Shown here piece after piece: positions 23,644-33,887 of a stretch of DNA of 44,577 nt. Position 1 is the first letter of the stretch. Each line of letters starts with the position of its first letter. Position numbers and translations under genes: made by a program. The DNA is from a virus (Duplodnaviria > Caudoviricetes), in IMG/VR virus record IMGVR_UViG_3300036803_000043, positions 1 to 44,577 of that record; one strand, given 5' to 3'. The notes beneath the pieces were generated by a model. The model ran no database searches, had not been told where the DNA came from, and worked only from the letters and a program-made list of their open reading frames with translations.

Positions 23644-26384
23644 GTTACTCCAGAGTTAGTGGCCGTCCCCGCTATGGATACATCGGCAGCGAATTTGGTG
23701 ACCTCAATGGAGCTGGTTACTACCCCGGCAACATTCTGTCCAGAATTAGCAGCGCCGGAAACCACAACGCCGGCCACAATTCCACCGATGACGATAATTG
23801 AGCCGGCGACCGGTGGCCATGAGCCCAACGGCGCGGCGAATGAGCCAGCCTCGCCTAGCGCCAGTGCTGAGAGAATCGAGCTCGGTAGCAACGTGGCCAG
23901 CGGTACAGCGATGACGGGAGTGCTGGTCACTTCGCCGCTACGGATGCCGGCAGGCGACACTGCAGCGATCACTGTGCCACTGGACAACCGTTCACCGCTG
24001 AACACGCCTACCGGGGGCACGATCAGCACGGTTGACGACGAACCCGCTCGCTCGGCCGAGGGGGCACTAGCCGGCGATAGCGTGACCACCAGAGCCGGGC
24101 TGGGTAGCCGCTCCAGTCCCGGTATGCCCGCAGGGAAAATCAGGTCAAGCGAAGCAACCAGCCCAGCGCCCAGCGCCTGACCGGTCCCGACTCCCGAGGA
24201 GGCGACTATCAGCGTCGCTGCGATGGCGCCGGCCAGCTCGGCCGAAGGGACGCCGGACACTGCCAGCGCGGCCGCGGTGCCCTGGTTGCCTAGCCGCTGC
24301 TCGGACAGCACGCCGGCAGGTGCTGCCACTACCAAGGCTGCAATGGCGCCGGCCAGCTCGCTGGTCAGGATGCCTGCAGCTGCGATCGCAGCGACGCCGC
24401 TCGCCACTCCCAGCGCCTCAGATGACCCGATAGCGGCCGGTGCTGTGACGACGGTGCCGGTAGGTGTGCCCAGCTGCTCAGCTGAGCGGATGCCGAGGGA
24501 GGCCACCACCGCTACGGCAGATGCTGCCCCGGGGGTCTCAGCACCAGCGATACCGGCCTGAGTGGCTACGACGGTGCCGCTCGGTGTGCCCAGCTGCTCA
24601 ACTGACCCGAGGGATGCCGGCGCTGCCACCACTGTAATAGCGGGTAGGCCGTCGAGCTCGCCACTCGGGACTGCGGCCGGTGCTGTGACGACGGTGCCGG
24701 TAGGTGTGCCCAGCTGCTCAGCTGAGCGGATGCCAGCCGGCGCTGCAGCCACGCTGGCCAAGACCGCGCCTAGAGCTTCGCTAGAGCCACCAGAGGCCGG
24801 CGACACCACCACGACGGCTGAGGCGCTGCCGGCGAGCTCACCACTCGGGACGCCAGCCACCGCGGCGCTCAAGATGGGCGATGGGTTGCCAGCGAGCACG
24901 CCACCCGGGACGCCGGCAGGCGAGCTGACTGCGGTAACCGAGGCGCTGCCGTCTAGCTCACCGCTCGGTATGCCAGCCGGCCCGAGGGTTGTCGTGGGCG
25001 CAGCTACTTCTGGAATGATCTCAACTAGTGCGAGATTCGACTCGACGCTAGCCGACCACGTACCGCCGAAAGTATAGCTAGCCGGCGTAGGCGCGACCCC
25101 TATGGCGATTATCCCGATCAGCTTATCGCCGTCAGTGGAGTCGGTCAGGGTGTTGTCGGTAAGTGTGTTCCCGTTGGGGGTGAACGTCGCCGTGCTGTTG
25201 GTGACTTCGCTGATGGCCCCGACGACGTACGAATCGGGTTGTGTAGTAGTGATGTTGGCTGTACACGCCGTGCCCGTCGTAAACAGTGCGGTAGCAGTCG
25301 CCGCTGCTGACTGATCAGCTGCCGCTCCTGTGTAAACGAGGATGTCAGCCTGCCGGCCGCCACCACTTGACGCACCAAACCCAGCGTAGGCGATGCTGAC
25401 CGTAATGGCACCGGGCGAAGTGGGGAAGTAGCACTCAAAGACAGTAGATAGCCCGCCATCGACTGTGGCGCCGGCTGCAGAGGCTTTAGTAATCCATGTG
25501 TGGCCACCCGAGTCGGTGCACACCATTGTTTGGGTGCCACCGCCGGTACCCTTCCACCCAGCATTGGCGAGCACCATAACCAGCGACTTATCTGGCGGGG
25601 TAAAGCTGGCGCTGGTCAGTGGTGTCGTACGGCCGGTGCCGCTAGCTACGGCGGGAGTGGAGCCGTCTAGCTTAATGCGCCGCTTAATGGACTGCTGCAG
25701 GAACTTGTGCAGCTGTCTTGGTGGTGGAGCAAGCGGCGGGTCGGCTGTGAAAGTTCCCGGCGAACCGACAATGCTTGGGTAGTTGTGAACAAACGACCTG
25801 TCAATAATTCCCGACAGACCGCCGGCTGCGGTTAAGGGTAAATCACAAACACAGGCAAAGCGCGTGTTTGTGACTACAGTCGACAGTCGCTCGCGCATGA
25901 TCTCAGCAACGCTAAGCAGCCCATCAAATTCTCGGACATGCGCTAGATCGCCAGCCCACTGGAATGAGTCAAGCTCGTTGAAACCTAGACCGATCTGCGC
26001 CGATACTGTTGCAGCCGGCATCGCAACGGTATCGGTATTCGTAATAACGTTGTTGCCGTCGATGTACAAAAACGAAGTTTTATCCGACGCTCGGTACTGG
26101 TATGCAACGTGGTACCACTGATTGGTATTCAGATTTGCAGCAACAGGATTGGCGCTAGCAACGGTGGCGTTCCAATAGACGTACGAAAAGTACGTACCGA
26201 CCCATTGGATATTCCAACCGTCATCACCGCCATTGCCGAGGGCGGACAGCACAGTCCGGCCAGTACTGTTGGCGGCTCGAGCCCAGAAACAAACGGTAAA
26301 GTCACCCGGCCGTAAATAAACCGAGTAACTGTTACCGCCGATTGCTAGGGTATTGCTGACCCCGTTAACTACAGTATAAGCCAC
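23640..26384 (-). CDS. Minor tail protein: LamG-like N-terminus plus 20-aa PxGIxSxExxG repeats
   Basis: FTVCFW...NQWYHVA...LYIDG...LS..EI LamG signature; periodic repeats. Confidence 0.8.
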   Translation of the reverse strand: MAYTVVNGVSNTLAIGGNSYSVYLRPGDFTVCFWARAANSTGRTVLSALGNGGDDGWNIQWVGTYFSYVYWNATVASANPVAANLNTNQWYHVAYQYRASDKTSFLYIDGNNVITNTDTVAMPAATVSAQIGLGFNELDSFQWAGDLAHVREFDGLLSVAEIMRERLSTVVTNTRFACVCDLPLTAAGGLSGIIDRSFVHNYPSIVGSPGTFTADPPLAPPPRQLHKFLQQSIKRRIKLDGSTPAVASGTGRTTPLTSASFTPPDKSLVMVLANAGWKGTGGGTQTMVCTDSGGHTWITKASAAGATVDGGLSTVFECYFPTSPGAITVSIAYAGFGASSGGGRQADILVYTGAAADQSAAATATALFTTGTACTANITTTQPDSYVVGAISEVTNSTATFTPNGNTLTDNTLTDSTDGDKLIGIIAIGVAPTPASYTFGGTWSASVESNLALVEIIPEVAAPTTTLGPAGIPSGELDGSASVTAVSSPAGVPGGVLAGNPSPILSAAVAGVPSGELAGSASAVVVVSPASGGSSEALGAVLASVAAAPAGIRSAEQLGTPTGTVVTAPAAVPSGELDGLPAITVVAAPASLGSVEQLGTPSGTVVATQAGIAGAETPGAASAVAVVASLGIRSAEQLGTPTGTVVTAPAAIGSSEALGVASGVAAIAAAGILTSELAGAIAALVVAAPAGVLSEQRLGNQGTAAALAVSGVPSAELAGAIAATLIVASSGVGTGQALGAGLVASLDLIFPAGIPGLERLPSPALVVTLSPASAPSAERAGSSSTVLIVPPVGVFSGERLSSGTVIAAVSPAGIRSGEVTSTPVIAVPLATLLPSSILSALALGEAGSFAAPLGSWPPVAGSIIVIGGIVAGVVVSGAANSGQNVAGVVTSSIEVTKFAADVSIAGTATNSGVT
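24433..24734 (+). repeat. 62-bp exact direct repeat inside the tail gene
   Basis: 24433-24494 identical to 24673-24734; partial third copy near 24568-24600. Confidence 0.9.
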
Positions 26385-26392
26385 GGGCGAAC

Positions 26393-26812
26393 CTAAACCA
26401 CGTCGTACTTAATACCAGAGAATTGAACTACGTGGTTACCCGCGGTGGAGTCAAGTGCTGCCCCGCTCTTATTTTCGATAACTATCTTCCACTTGCTACC
26501 AAGGACGCCAGCAGTGAAATCACGAATGTACGTTGTCGCATTAGCCACTGCGGCTATGGTACCCAGAAGAATATCCGTATTATCGCTGTACGTAGTCCCA
26601 CCATCGGAACTGCGAACCAGCCACACGTTAATCAACCCGCTTGCGGAGACACCCGAGGCGCCGGTTTTAATCTTCACCTGGACAACGGCATCAACGAACT
26701 TATTAGTGGCGTTATCAATGGCGGATGAAGCGACTAGGGATGAATTGGCCAGAGAGGCAAGGGTGATCGTAACTGCTTGTGAGTCAGTCGCATTGAGCGT
26801 GACCGTTGCCAC
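26393..26812 (-). CDS. Putative minor tail/structural protein
   Basis: Beta-rich 139 aa ORF in the tail region. Confidence 0.6.
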   Translation of the reverse strand: MATVTLNATDSQAVTITLASLANSSLVASSAIDNATNKFVDAVVQVKIKTGASGVSASGLINVWLVRSSDGGTTYSDNTDILLGTIAAVANATTYIRDFTAGVLGSKWKIVIENKSGAALDSTAGNHVVQFSGIKYDVV

Positions 26813-26817
26813 TTATC

Positions 26818-27243
26818 TCACCTCGCCTTAGCGACGTCGCTATCCGACACGTAGATACCCTCGGTTTGATAAAGGGCCTCCGCGCGGGACGCCGACTTAC
26901 TGGCCAGGTTTGTTAGGTTGGTACGTGTGGTGCCGGCAGGGAATAGCGCGGCAATTTGAGATCGCAACGTGGCGTTGCCCGAGGCGAGTCGCGCCCCTCG
27001 GAGTAGTACGTTATTCAGGTACGCAAGAGGCAGCCCTGTAAGCGCGTCATAGTCCGCGCGAACAATAGCCGCCACAAAATCCTCAAACGCCACGTACGAC
27101 TTGAAAATGATCTCACTGGAGAGGCCAGGCGTGTTCAGAGCAATGGATGCATCGTAGTCCGATTTAGTCGCGTATCCGAGGGCTTTAGGGTCGGTAACGA
27201 TCTCGGTGTGCAGCGTAGTGATTTGAGCAGGGGTGAGAGGCAC
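26818..27243 (-). CDS. Hypothetical tail-region protein
   Basis: MPLTPAQITTLHTEIVTDP...; GGAG RBS. Confidence 0.65.
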   Translation of the reverse strand: MPLTPAQITTLHTEIVTDPKALGYATKSDYDASIALNTPGLSSEIIFKSYVAFEDFVAAIVRADYDALTGLPLAYLNNVLLRGARLASGNATLRSQIAALFPAGTTRTNLTNLASKSASRAEALYQTEGIYVSDSDVAKAR

Positions 27244-27252
27244 AGCAACTCC

Positions 27253-28116
27253 CTAGAGCTTAAAGATCCGGTTAACCCCGTTGTCCCACGGAACGCTGAC
27301 CGCGCCGCTGGTGGTCAAGGGCAGTCCCGAGGATGTGGCCGGCGCATCTGCTCTGCTGCCAGCGGTAATGATGGCGGCCAGCGAGGTTACCGTCACCGTG
27401 CGGTCGCCGGCATTGGCCAAGGCGCTCAGCGTGGCTGAGGCGCCGTTAGAGAAAGTCAGCACCGTCCCACTCGGGATGCCAGCGGCTAGCCGCTCCACAG
27501 CTACAGAGGTGGCCGTGGCAGCTGCTTGCGCAGCGCACGTCACGACGTGCCGGCCGTCGATCAAGGCAACGACGCGCGACGTCGAGGCAGTGCCGGTGTC
27601 CTTATAGATCAGGATGGCTTCTACGCTCACCCCACCGCCACTCGGGAAGCTGATATCAGCAGCATCGGCCACGCCGGCAGTAACGGTCGGGCCGGTGAGG
27701 GTCTGCGCCGTGCCGACCACGCATGCATCGAAGTCGTCTAGGTTGTCGCCTGAGGCTGATGGCCCGAGGCAAACCGCGTACCCGCCGCTGGTGTAGGCCG
27801 CGGACCCGACGACGTTGGTACCGGTGATTGGATCGGTCAGCTCGAACGTATTGGTGGCCTGGTTAGCGATCTTCCAGATACCATTAGCGGCCAGGTTGCC
27901 AAGGACGGCACCGACTAGCACAATGTCGCCATTGGTGAATCCGTGCGCCGTAGCTGTGACTACGATTGGCGTAGCGTTTGTCGCACCAGTAATGGCCTTG
28001 ACCCCGACGTCTGCCGTATTGAGATCCAGCAGTGCGGCCTTAAACGTGTTGGTGTCCCAGTCGAGAGTTCCATCTAGGAAGCCCTCTCGGCCTTTCTCAA
28101 ATAGCGCATTGCCCAT
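27253..28116 (-). CDS. Minor tail protein with E1-FCCH-like insertion
   Basis: NALFEKGREGFLDG...WDNGVNRIFKL frame; insert ITGATNATPIVVTATAHGFTNGD...NTFEL. Confidence 0.75.
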   Translation of the reverse strand: MGNALFEKGREGFLDGTLDWDTNTFKAALLDLNTADVGVKAITGATNATPIVVTATAHGFTNGDIVLVGAVLGNLAANGIWKIANQATNTFELTDPITGTNVVGSAAYTSGGYAVCLGPSASGDNLDDFDACVVGTAQTLTGPTVTAGVADAADISFPSGGGVSVEAILIYKDTGTASTSRVVALIDGRHVVTCAAQAAATATSVAVERLAAGIPSGTVLTFSNGASATLSALANAGDRTVTVTSLAAIITAGSRADAPATSSGLPLTTSGAVSVPWDNGVNRIFKL

Positions 28117-28125
28117 CGAGCTCTC

Positions 28126-28476
28126 CTAAGTGGTAACTACTTCTCTATCTAGGTACACAATCTGGTCGATGACCCTGGCCGTCCGACCTCCGATGCCTGG
28201 CTCGGTAACTTCGCACTGACAGATTCCTAAGGACCACGACCACGCAGCGGACATGGCCGGCGTGATGGCTAGCTCAGCCGTGCCGTTGCCCAGCACCACC
28301 TGACCTTGTGAGCCCGTTGGGGAGGTCGACCACTCGGCCACCAGGGGGCCATCCTCGGACCACTGCCGCAGCACGGCGTGCGCCGTCCACGTGGTCATGT
28401 CGACTAGGACACCGTCAATGCGTACGTTTGACGCGCTGATCGAGCACGTGGTGCCCTGAGGCAGGGTCAGGCTCAC
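28126..28476 (-). CDS. BppU N-terminal-like/Ig-like baseplate protein
   Basis: VDMTTWTAHAVLR...GTAELAITPAMS; start GTG 28476 by coupling. Confidence 0.6.
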   Translation of the reverse strand: MSLTLPQGTTCSISASNVRIDGVLVDMTTWTAHAVLRQWSEDGPLVAEWSTSPTGSQGQVVLGNGTAELAITPAMSAAWSWSLGICQCEVTEPGIGGRTARVIDQIVYLDREVVTT

Positions 28477-28643
28477 CCGAGGCCGGCCATGCCAACTATC
28501 ACGAGCACAAAGTCCACCAGGAAGCAGACCACAGCGCCGATAGCACACACTCGGTTAGCTGGCGGGTTCAGTGGCACGCCGGCCATGGCCAGGAACGCCA
28601 AGCCGAGGGCCAGCAGCAGAAGATAGATGTTGCCTACGGTCAT
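28473..28643 (-). CDS. 56-aa two-TM membrane protein
   Basis: Read manually: MTVGNIYLLLLALGLAFLAMAG...VCAIGAVVCFLVDFVLVIVG; TAATG and GTGA coupling. Confidence 0.65.
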   Translation of the reverse strand: MTVGNIYLLLLALGLAFLAMAGVPLNPPANRVCAIGAVVCFLVDFVLVIVGMAGLG

Positions 28644-29155
28644 TATGGACCCTCCCAGGTCAAAGCGATGTGGTTGGTGCCGCCGAATCCGACGTCAGTG
28701 TTAACGTTGCCGCCAGCATTCTGAAACAATCCGATGATCAATGAAGTTGCGGCAGCTATGCGAAACGATGTGGAGCAAGCTACGGTAACACCTACTGTCC
28801 CGACGTTGGTGTTTGTCTGTGACGTCTTGCGTTGGGACGCATCGAAAGTGCTGCCGTTCCATCCGGTCTGAACGAATATGTGCCTCTCATTCCCACCTGC
28901 ATTGCCTGCCCAACGCATGGCCGTTTCTACTCTCCACTTACCTATTCTGTTGAGCAAGAATACGGTATTTCCAGTACCGCTCACCGTCACATCGGTATTT
29001 GTCTCAACGGCGGTATCGAACTTGGCCAAAGTGTCGGTAGCGGTAGCAATGGTTTGCGCCACCCGTTGTTCATAGCGCACACCAAACGGGATGGCCAGGT
29101 TAGCTTTGGCCCCAACCAGTTTGCTACCAGCCGCATAGGTGCTTGACAGCGACAT
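28643..29155 (-). CDS. Minor tail protein (C1q/TNF-like beta sandwich, candidate receptor-binding protein)
   Basis: QTIAT.TDT...FDT...GKWRV...FQNAGG. Confidence 0.6.
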   Translation of the reverse strand: MSLSSTYAAGSKLVGAKANLAIPFGVRYEQRVAQTIATATDTLAKFDTAVETNTDVTVSGTGNTVFLLNRIGKWRVETAMRWAGNAGGNERHIFVQTGWNGSTFDASQRKTSQTNTNVGTVGVTVACSTSFRIAAATSLIIGLFQNAGGNVNTDVGFGGTNHIALTWEGP

Positions 29156-31881
29156 TAGTTACCTATTCCTATGTAGACCGGGTTAGCCAGGTTGACCGAT
29201 TTGCCAGCAACGTGCGCCTTAACCACACCATTGATAGAGCGTGTCACGGTGAATGTCTGCGGCGACGTAGCGCCTGTGATGTTGGTGACCGTGACCACTT
29301 CACCATCGCAGCGCAGATCGAAGGGGAAGTCGCCGGCTGTGGTAGTCCATAAACCGCCCTCGGTTACATCAGCCACGGCGACCACCCACGACGTAGCGGA
29401 GCTGGTGACCCCGGCAGACAGCGTCGATGCGTCACTGTCATATCGCGAACCGGCGTCCTCAATTACAGCGATGTGGTAGGGCGACTCTGGTCCAGAGTTG
29501 ATCGCAACCTTGTAAGTCATTTGCCCGAGGGTGAGTACGTAGCCGCGCGCCAGCTGGCGGATGTTGTCCGGCGACTGGCCAATCTTCGGCCTGACTATGT
29601 CGAAACGGTCATCGACACCTAGCGACCTGATGGCCTTGATCAGCGTGGCGTCGGCAAGCACGTACTGATTGGTGAGGTTAACCGTGACGCCCGGATATCT
29701 GGTCTCTCCGTTGGTGCCAAGGTGCAGCAGCCAGCCGGCCACGTCGACCAGTAGCCCGTCGTTGGCCACGTTGGCGCTAGGCGTATCCGGGTACCGGCCA
29801 ACCCCACCCAGCTCAGGTGACAAGGTCGACATGCGCCCTAGGTCCAGCGTGGCGCGAGCAGAGCCACCCAGCGGCCGAGACACCGTGATGTCGTTGCGGG
29901 TCCGCTGATCATCTTTGACCGGCTTGAACGGGTCGCTGATCTGACCGCCCTGGTAGTCGAGCTGCATCACTGCCGTCTGGTTATAGAGCGACTGACCAGT
30001 ACGAAAGGCCAACCCGAGGACGCCACGCGGTTCGTAGAGCGTGCCGAGATCAGCATCGGCGCACTCGTTGAGCAGGTCAATCAGGTTAAGTGGTAGTTGC
30101 GGTCCCATGGCCACCGACTGCAGCGGGTCGCCCTCGGTGCTGAGATCAATTTTCTCCTGTGCGCAGAGCCTGATGAGTCGAGCAACAGCCAACTCCCCAG
30201 AGAAAGCATTAAACTCCTGCGACAGATCGAACAACGATGTCACTACACTCTTTACACTGATGTGGCCTAGTGGTAACCCGCTGACTTCCTGAAACGGTGT
30301 GATGACCACTCGGGCCGCCGCGTCTATGGTGCGACCGGTCACCGTTCCCGACTGCACGTTACCAGAGGTTTTCCCGACCTCTAGTGTCGCTAGCTTCCAG
30401 TCGACGTTAGCGCCGTTCTGGGTCAGTTCCAATGACACCAAGAGACGTTTGTCTATCGTCGCAAACCCGATGCCGCCGGTATCCAGCAGCTGACTGCCAC
30501 CTGCCCAGACTTCCAACGACAGAGATCCGCCCGTGCGGTATTTGACTTCCCACAGCTTAGAAGTGCCTGTGGTATGCAGCTGCATGATCAGCCCGAGATT
30601 GACCACTTCGGATGACGGCACGTGCATCACCCAACGCACCTGAATCTGCCCGGTCGCTGTGTAGCCCGGTACCGCGCCGTCCCAGTACCCGGCTTTGGTG
30701 GTAGGGATGGCGGCCGAGGCTGGTATGTCGGTGTAGCTGGCAAGGTCCGTGGTGCCGGCGAGGAGCATCGGGGGACCACCCAGTGCCGAGGCAATCTGGT
30801 CGGCGTTCTTGCCGTCCTCACACGGCCAGTAAGCGATGGGGAGCGGCGCCGTAGTGGTGTTGCCGCGCCGCAGGGTAGACGACAGCGGGGACTGACCCTG
30901 GCTAAGCCGACGACGAATACCAGCAGCGTCGATGGCTGAAGTGATGTTGAGCCCGGATAAGTCCCAGTCCTGAGGCCACTCGCTGACCTCTCCTGCAAAC
31001 AGCGGCAGTCTCACCCGTAGGTCGCTGTAGCTGAACACCAGCGGATTAGTATTCGTGTTGGCCGGATCAATGAACGACTGCACGCCGATAAACCCAGCAG
31101 CTAGATAGGACGCTGCCGAGGCGACCCCATGCCAGCCATACGGTTCCGGCCCCGAGGGGTCCCAGACTTTCACCCTGGCAGTGCCAGCTTCGATCTGGGT
31201 ACGCACACGCAGTGCCTGCCCGCTAAAAGTCAAGCCGGGTACCTTGATCTGCGAGCCCACTCCAGTGAATATGCCAGCCACGTTCTCATACATCGCCACT
31301 GTCACTGATTGGTCGGTGTTATCGATGAACAGCCCAGCCAGGAAGTAGTTGTTTGTGTCCACCCCTCTAAACACAAAGTTAGCCGGGAAGATCACGTTAC
31401 CTGTCACCGAGGCGATGGGTACCGAAACCGTGACGGCCATATCGACATCGCGGAACGTCACCGAGGGGAAATAGCTGGTGCAGCTGACCCCCCTCGGGCA
31501 TGAGTGCTTGCCGACGCCCGGCACCACTGAGTAATTAGCCGCAGTCCCGTCAACAGTCCAAGCATCGAGTGTTGTCGACGTGCCCCATCCATTGGATACC
31601 GTGCGTGCAAACGCATCAGTAACAACGGGATTGGTTACCCGCAGGGGGTTATTGCGGTCAAGATCACCGTAGTACGCCCCGAGGGGGTTGTCTGGTGCGA
31701 GGGAACCGTCCCTGGCATCCAGCGTCATCGAGCAGGCGCTTGGTATCGGCTGGGATATCTCATCGCGGCGGCCGTGGCTGATCTGGATGTCCGCAGACTC
31801 GCGCCGGTAAGAGGTGATGTCGTGCCAGTCACCGGATACGTACAGCTCGATGGCCAGCGCGACCGGTAGCAAGTCAATCAC
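29155..31881 (-). CDS. Large minor tail (tail-tip/hub) protein
   Basis: Follows the TMP; WHDIT...GRRDE...LDARDG...PDNP; AYWPCEDG; TVTRSINGVVKAH. Confidence 0.8.
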   Translation of the reverse strand: MIDLLPVALAIELYVSGDWHDITSYRRESADIQISHGRRDEISQPIPSACSMTLDARDGSLAPDNPLGAYYGDLDRNNPLRVTNPVVTDAFARTVSNGWGTSTTLDAWTVDGTAANYSVVPGVGKHSCPRGVSCTSYFPSVTFRDVDMAVTVSVPIASVTGNVIFPANFVFRGVDTNNYFLAGLFIDNTDQSVTVAMYENVAGIFTGVGSQIKVPGLTFSGQALRVRTQIEAGTARVKVWDPSGPEPYGWHGVASAASYLAAGFIGVQSFIDPANTNTNPLVFSYSDLRVRLPLFAGEVSEWPQDWDLSGLNITSAIDAAGIRRRLSQGQSPLSSTLRRGNTTTAPLPIAYWPCEDGKNADQIASALGGPPMLLAGTTDLASYTDIPASAAIPTTKAGYWDGAVPGYTATGQIQVRWVMHVPSSEVVNLGLIMQLHTTGTSKLWEVKYRTGGSLSLEVWAGGSQLLDTGGIGFATIDKRLLVSLELTQNGANVDWKLATLEVGKTSGNVQSGTVTGRTIDAAARVVITPFQEVSGLPLGHISVKSVVTSLFDLSQEFNAFSGELAVARLIRLCAQEKIDLSTEGDPLQSVAMGPQLPLNLIDLLNECADADLGTLYEPRGVLGLAFRTGQSLYNQTAVMQLDYQGGQISDPFKPVKDDQRTRNDITVSRPLGGSARATLDLGRMSTLSPELGGVGRYPDTPSANVANDGLLVDVAGWLLHLGTNGETRYPGVTVNLTNQYVLADATLIKAIRSLGVDDRFDIVRPKIGQSPDNIRQLARGYVLTLGQMTYKVAINSGPESPYHIAVIEDAGSRYDSDASTLSAGVTSSATSWVVAVADVTEGGLWTTTAGDFPFDLRCDGEVVTVTNITGATSPQTFTVTRSINGVVKAHVAGKSVNLANPVYIGIGN

Positions 31882-33884
31882 CGGGCGCTCACCACCGTTA
31901 GGCCCTTACCCCGAGCGGCCTTCTCGATGACCTCTAGCAGCAGATCACCGATCTTGCCGTCCGAGGCGAGCTGCAGCACCGGGGTGCTGCCACTACCACC
32001 GACCCCCGACATCCCGGCGACTTGAGGGCCACTCCCACCAAGCGCGCCGTAGCTACCTGAGGCATTGACGCCGGCCGCGCTGGCGAGCCGTCCCGCCATG
32101 CCCTCTACCGCGGGTAGGCCGGTCAGCATCCCGCTGGCCAGCATGCTGGCAATCTTGGCGCCGGCCACTTGCGTCGAGCCGGCACCGGCCAGCGGGCCTT
32201 GCTTGGCTGGGCTGAACGGCAGGTAGCTGCGGATCGTGCTGGCGACCGAGGACGCTGCGTTGCCAACCGCCCCGAGCATGTCCCTAATGCCGTTGATCAA
32301 GCCTTGAATGAGTGCAATTCCTGCGTTGTAGAGCAATGACCCGAGGCCGGCTAGTACCGCCAGCATGGCGCCTGGCAGGCCGGCGACCACACCGATCACA
32401 GCCCGGATCGCACCGGCCACGATGCCGATGAGACCACCAAACACGCCACCAATGATTCCGGTGATGATCTGGCCAGCGCCGAAACAGATGTTTTTCACAC
32501 CATCCCATGCAGCCTGCCAGTTACCGGTAAGCAGCGCAGTGAATACCTGAATGATTCCGGTGATAATAGAGATGACCCCAGAGACCACGTTAAGGATGCC
32601 CTGAAAAACTGAGGCGACAATCGGACCGAGGACGCTAACGCAGAATCCGACTACCGGGGCAATCGCAGCGATAAACTGCCCCATGGCCGGAATAAATTGG
32701 TTCTGTATCTTATCCCAAATCTGGGTGAGCACCGGACCAATGGCACTCCATATTGTCTGCCACGCCTTCTGCAGCGGTGGCAGTACCGACTCGGATGCCG
32801 ATCGCAGATTATCGAGAAATCCGACGCCTATCGGATTGCTAGTGAAGTATCCGACGAACGCTTTGTACGCAGCTTTGAGCTGGTCCCAGTGTCGAATGAT
32901 AAGCCCGACAGCAGCGACTACCGCAACCACTGGACCGCCGAACACGATAGCCAGGATGGACAGCGCGTCGCCAACTAGCTTCAGTTCGGTCTTAAACGTG
33001 CGGAAAAACTCAATAGCGTTGCCAACCCAGTGCGAGACCATCTTAAACAGCGAGACAATCTCGTTCCATTTGGCCTTGAGATCGGCAAACCCGGTGAGCA
33101 CGGTAGCTGCGTTGACTTTGTCGAGATAAGAAGCGACTTTGTCCAGCACGCCGGCGAGCCCTGATGCGCCAGCAGCCGTGCTTACTGCCGTGATCCTACC
33201 GAGCATATTGCCAAATGCGATAACCACTCGGGTGATGTGCGGCGCGACGTAAGCGAACGCGTCACCGGCCGATTGCACAATGTTGCGGATGGCCATGACG
33301 CCAGCCGTAGAGTTAGCCCAAGCCAGCGTGCCTCTGACTACACCATTAGTCGCCGTGGCAATGGTGTTCATGCCCGAGGAGATCGAGGGCATGTTCAGCT
33401 GGGTGAACTTCTTTATCAGCGGATCAAGCCCAGCAGTCGCCAGAAGCGATGCCTTATCCTTCGCTACGGTCAGCGCATCTGTAAACGGAGTAAACGCTTT
33501 GACTACAGCTGGCCAAACAGCGGTGATGGTGGATTTTACGAATAACGCAGCAGCAGCCATCCCGAGTAATGCTGGTGCTGAGGCTATTCCTGCCGATCCG
33601 ACTTGGCCAATCCATTTGACGGCACTGACTAGAGCCGGTCCCAGAGTGATGGCCGTGGACGCTACAGCGCCAGCAGATGAGGCACCCTTAACCAAACCCA
33701 GGGCCATCTCTTTGGCCTTGGTTCCGACCTTTTCTAGCATGCTGCTGAACTTGGTGCCAGACTTACTGCCGTCATCGGTAGTGGCCTTAAAAGCCGCCAG
33801 CGACGCCCGGGCGGATACCAAACCATTGCGGAACTGCGAGGGGTCAAGACCGAGCTTGACCGCAATACTGCCTAGTGTGGCCAT
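31878..33884 (-). CDS. Tape measure protein
   Basis: Ala/Gly/Trp helical repeats; LPFSPAKQGPL motif; follows the chaperones. Confidence 0.9.
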   Translation of the reverse strand: MATLGSIAVKLGLDPSQFRNGLVSARASLAAFKATTDDGSKSGTKFSSMLEKVGTKAKEMALGLVKGASSAGAVASTAITLGPALVSAVKWIGQVGSAGIASAPALLGMAAAALFVKSTITAVWPAVVKAFTPFTDALTVAKDKASLLATAGLDPLIKKFTQLNMPSISSGMNTIATATNGVVRGTLAWANSTAGVMAIRNIVQSAGDAFAYVAPHITRVVIAFGNMLGRITAVSTAAGASGLAGVLDKVASYLDKVNAATVLTGFADLKAKWNEIVSLFKMVSHWVGNAIEFFRTFKTELKLVGDALSILAIVFGGPVVAVVAAVGLIIRHWDQLKAAYKAFVGYFTSNPIGVGFLDNLRSASESVLPPLQKAWQTIWSAIGPVLTQIWDKIQNQFIPAMGQFIAAIAPVVGFCVSVLGPIVASVFQGILNVVSGVISIITGIIQVFTALLTGNWQAAWDGVKNICFGAGQIITGIIGGVFGGLIGIVAGAIRAVIGVVAGLPGAMLAVLAGLGSLLYNAGIALIQGLINGIRDMLGAVGNAASSVASTIRSYLPFSPAKQGPLAGAGSTQVAGAKIASMLASGMLTGLPAVEGMAGRLASAAGVNASGSYGALGGSGPQVAGMSGVGGSGSTPVLQLASDGKIGDLLLEVIEKAARGKGLTVVSAR

Positions 33885-33887
33885 AGC

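Noticed and set aside
24433-24734. Template/variable repeat pair of a diversity-generating retroelement
   Set aside because: Copies are identical, internal to a periodic coding tract, and there is no reverse transcriptase
28126-28548. 140-aa ORF start at 28548
   Set aside because: Overlaps a coupled 56-aa ORF; GTG 28476 fits better
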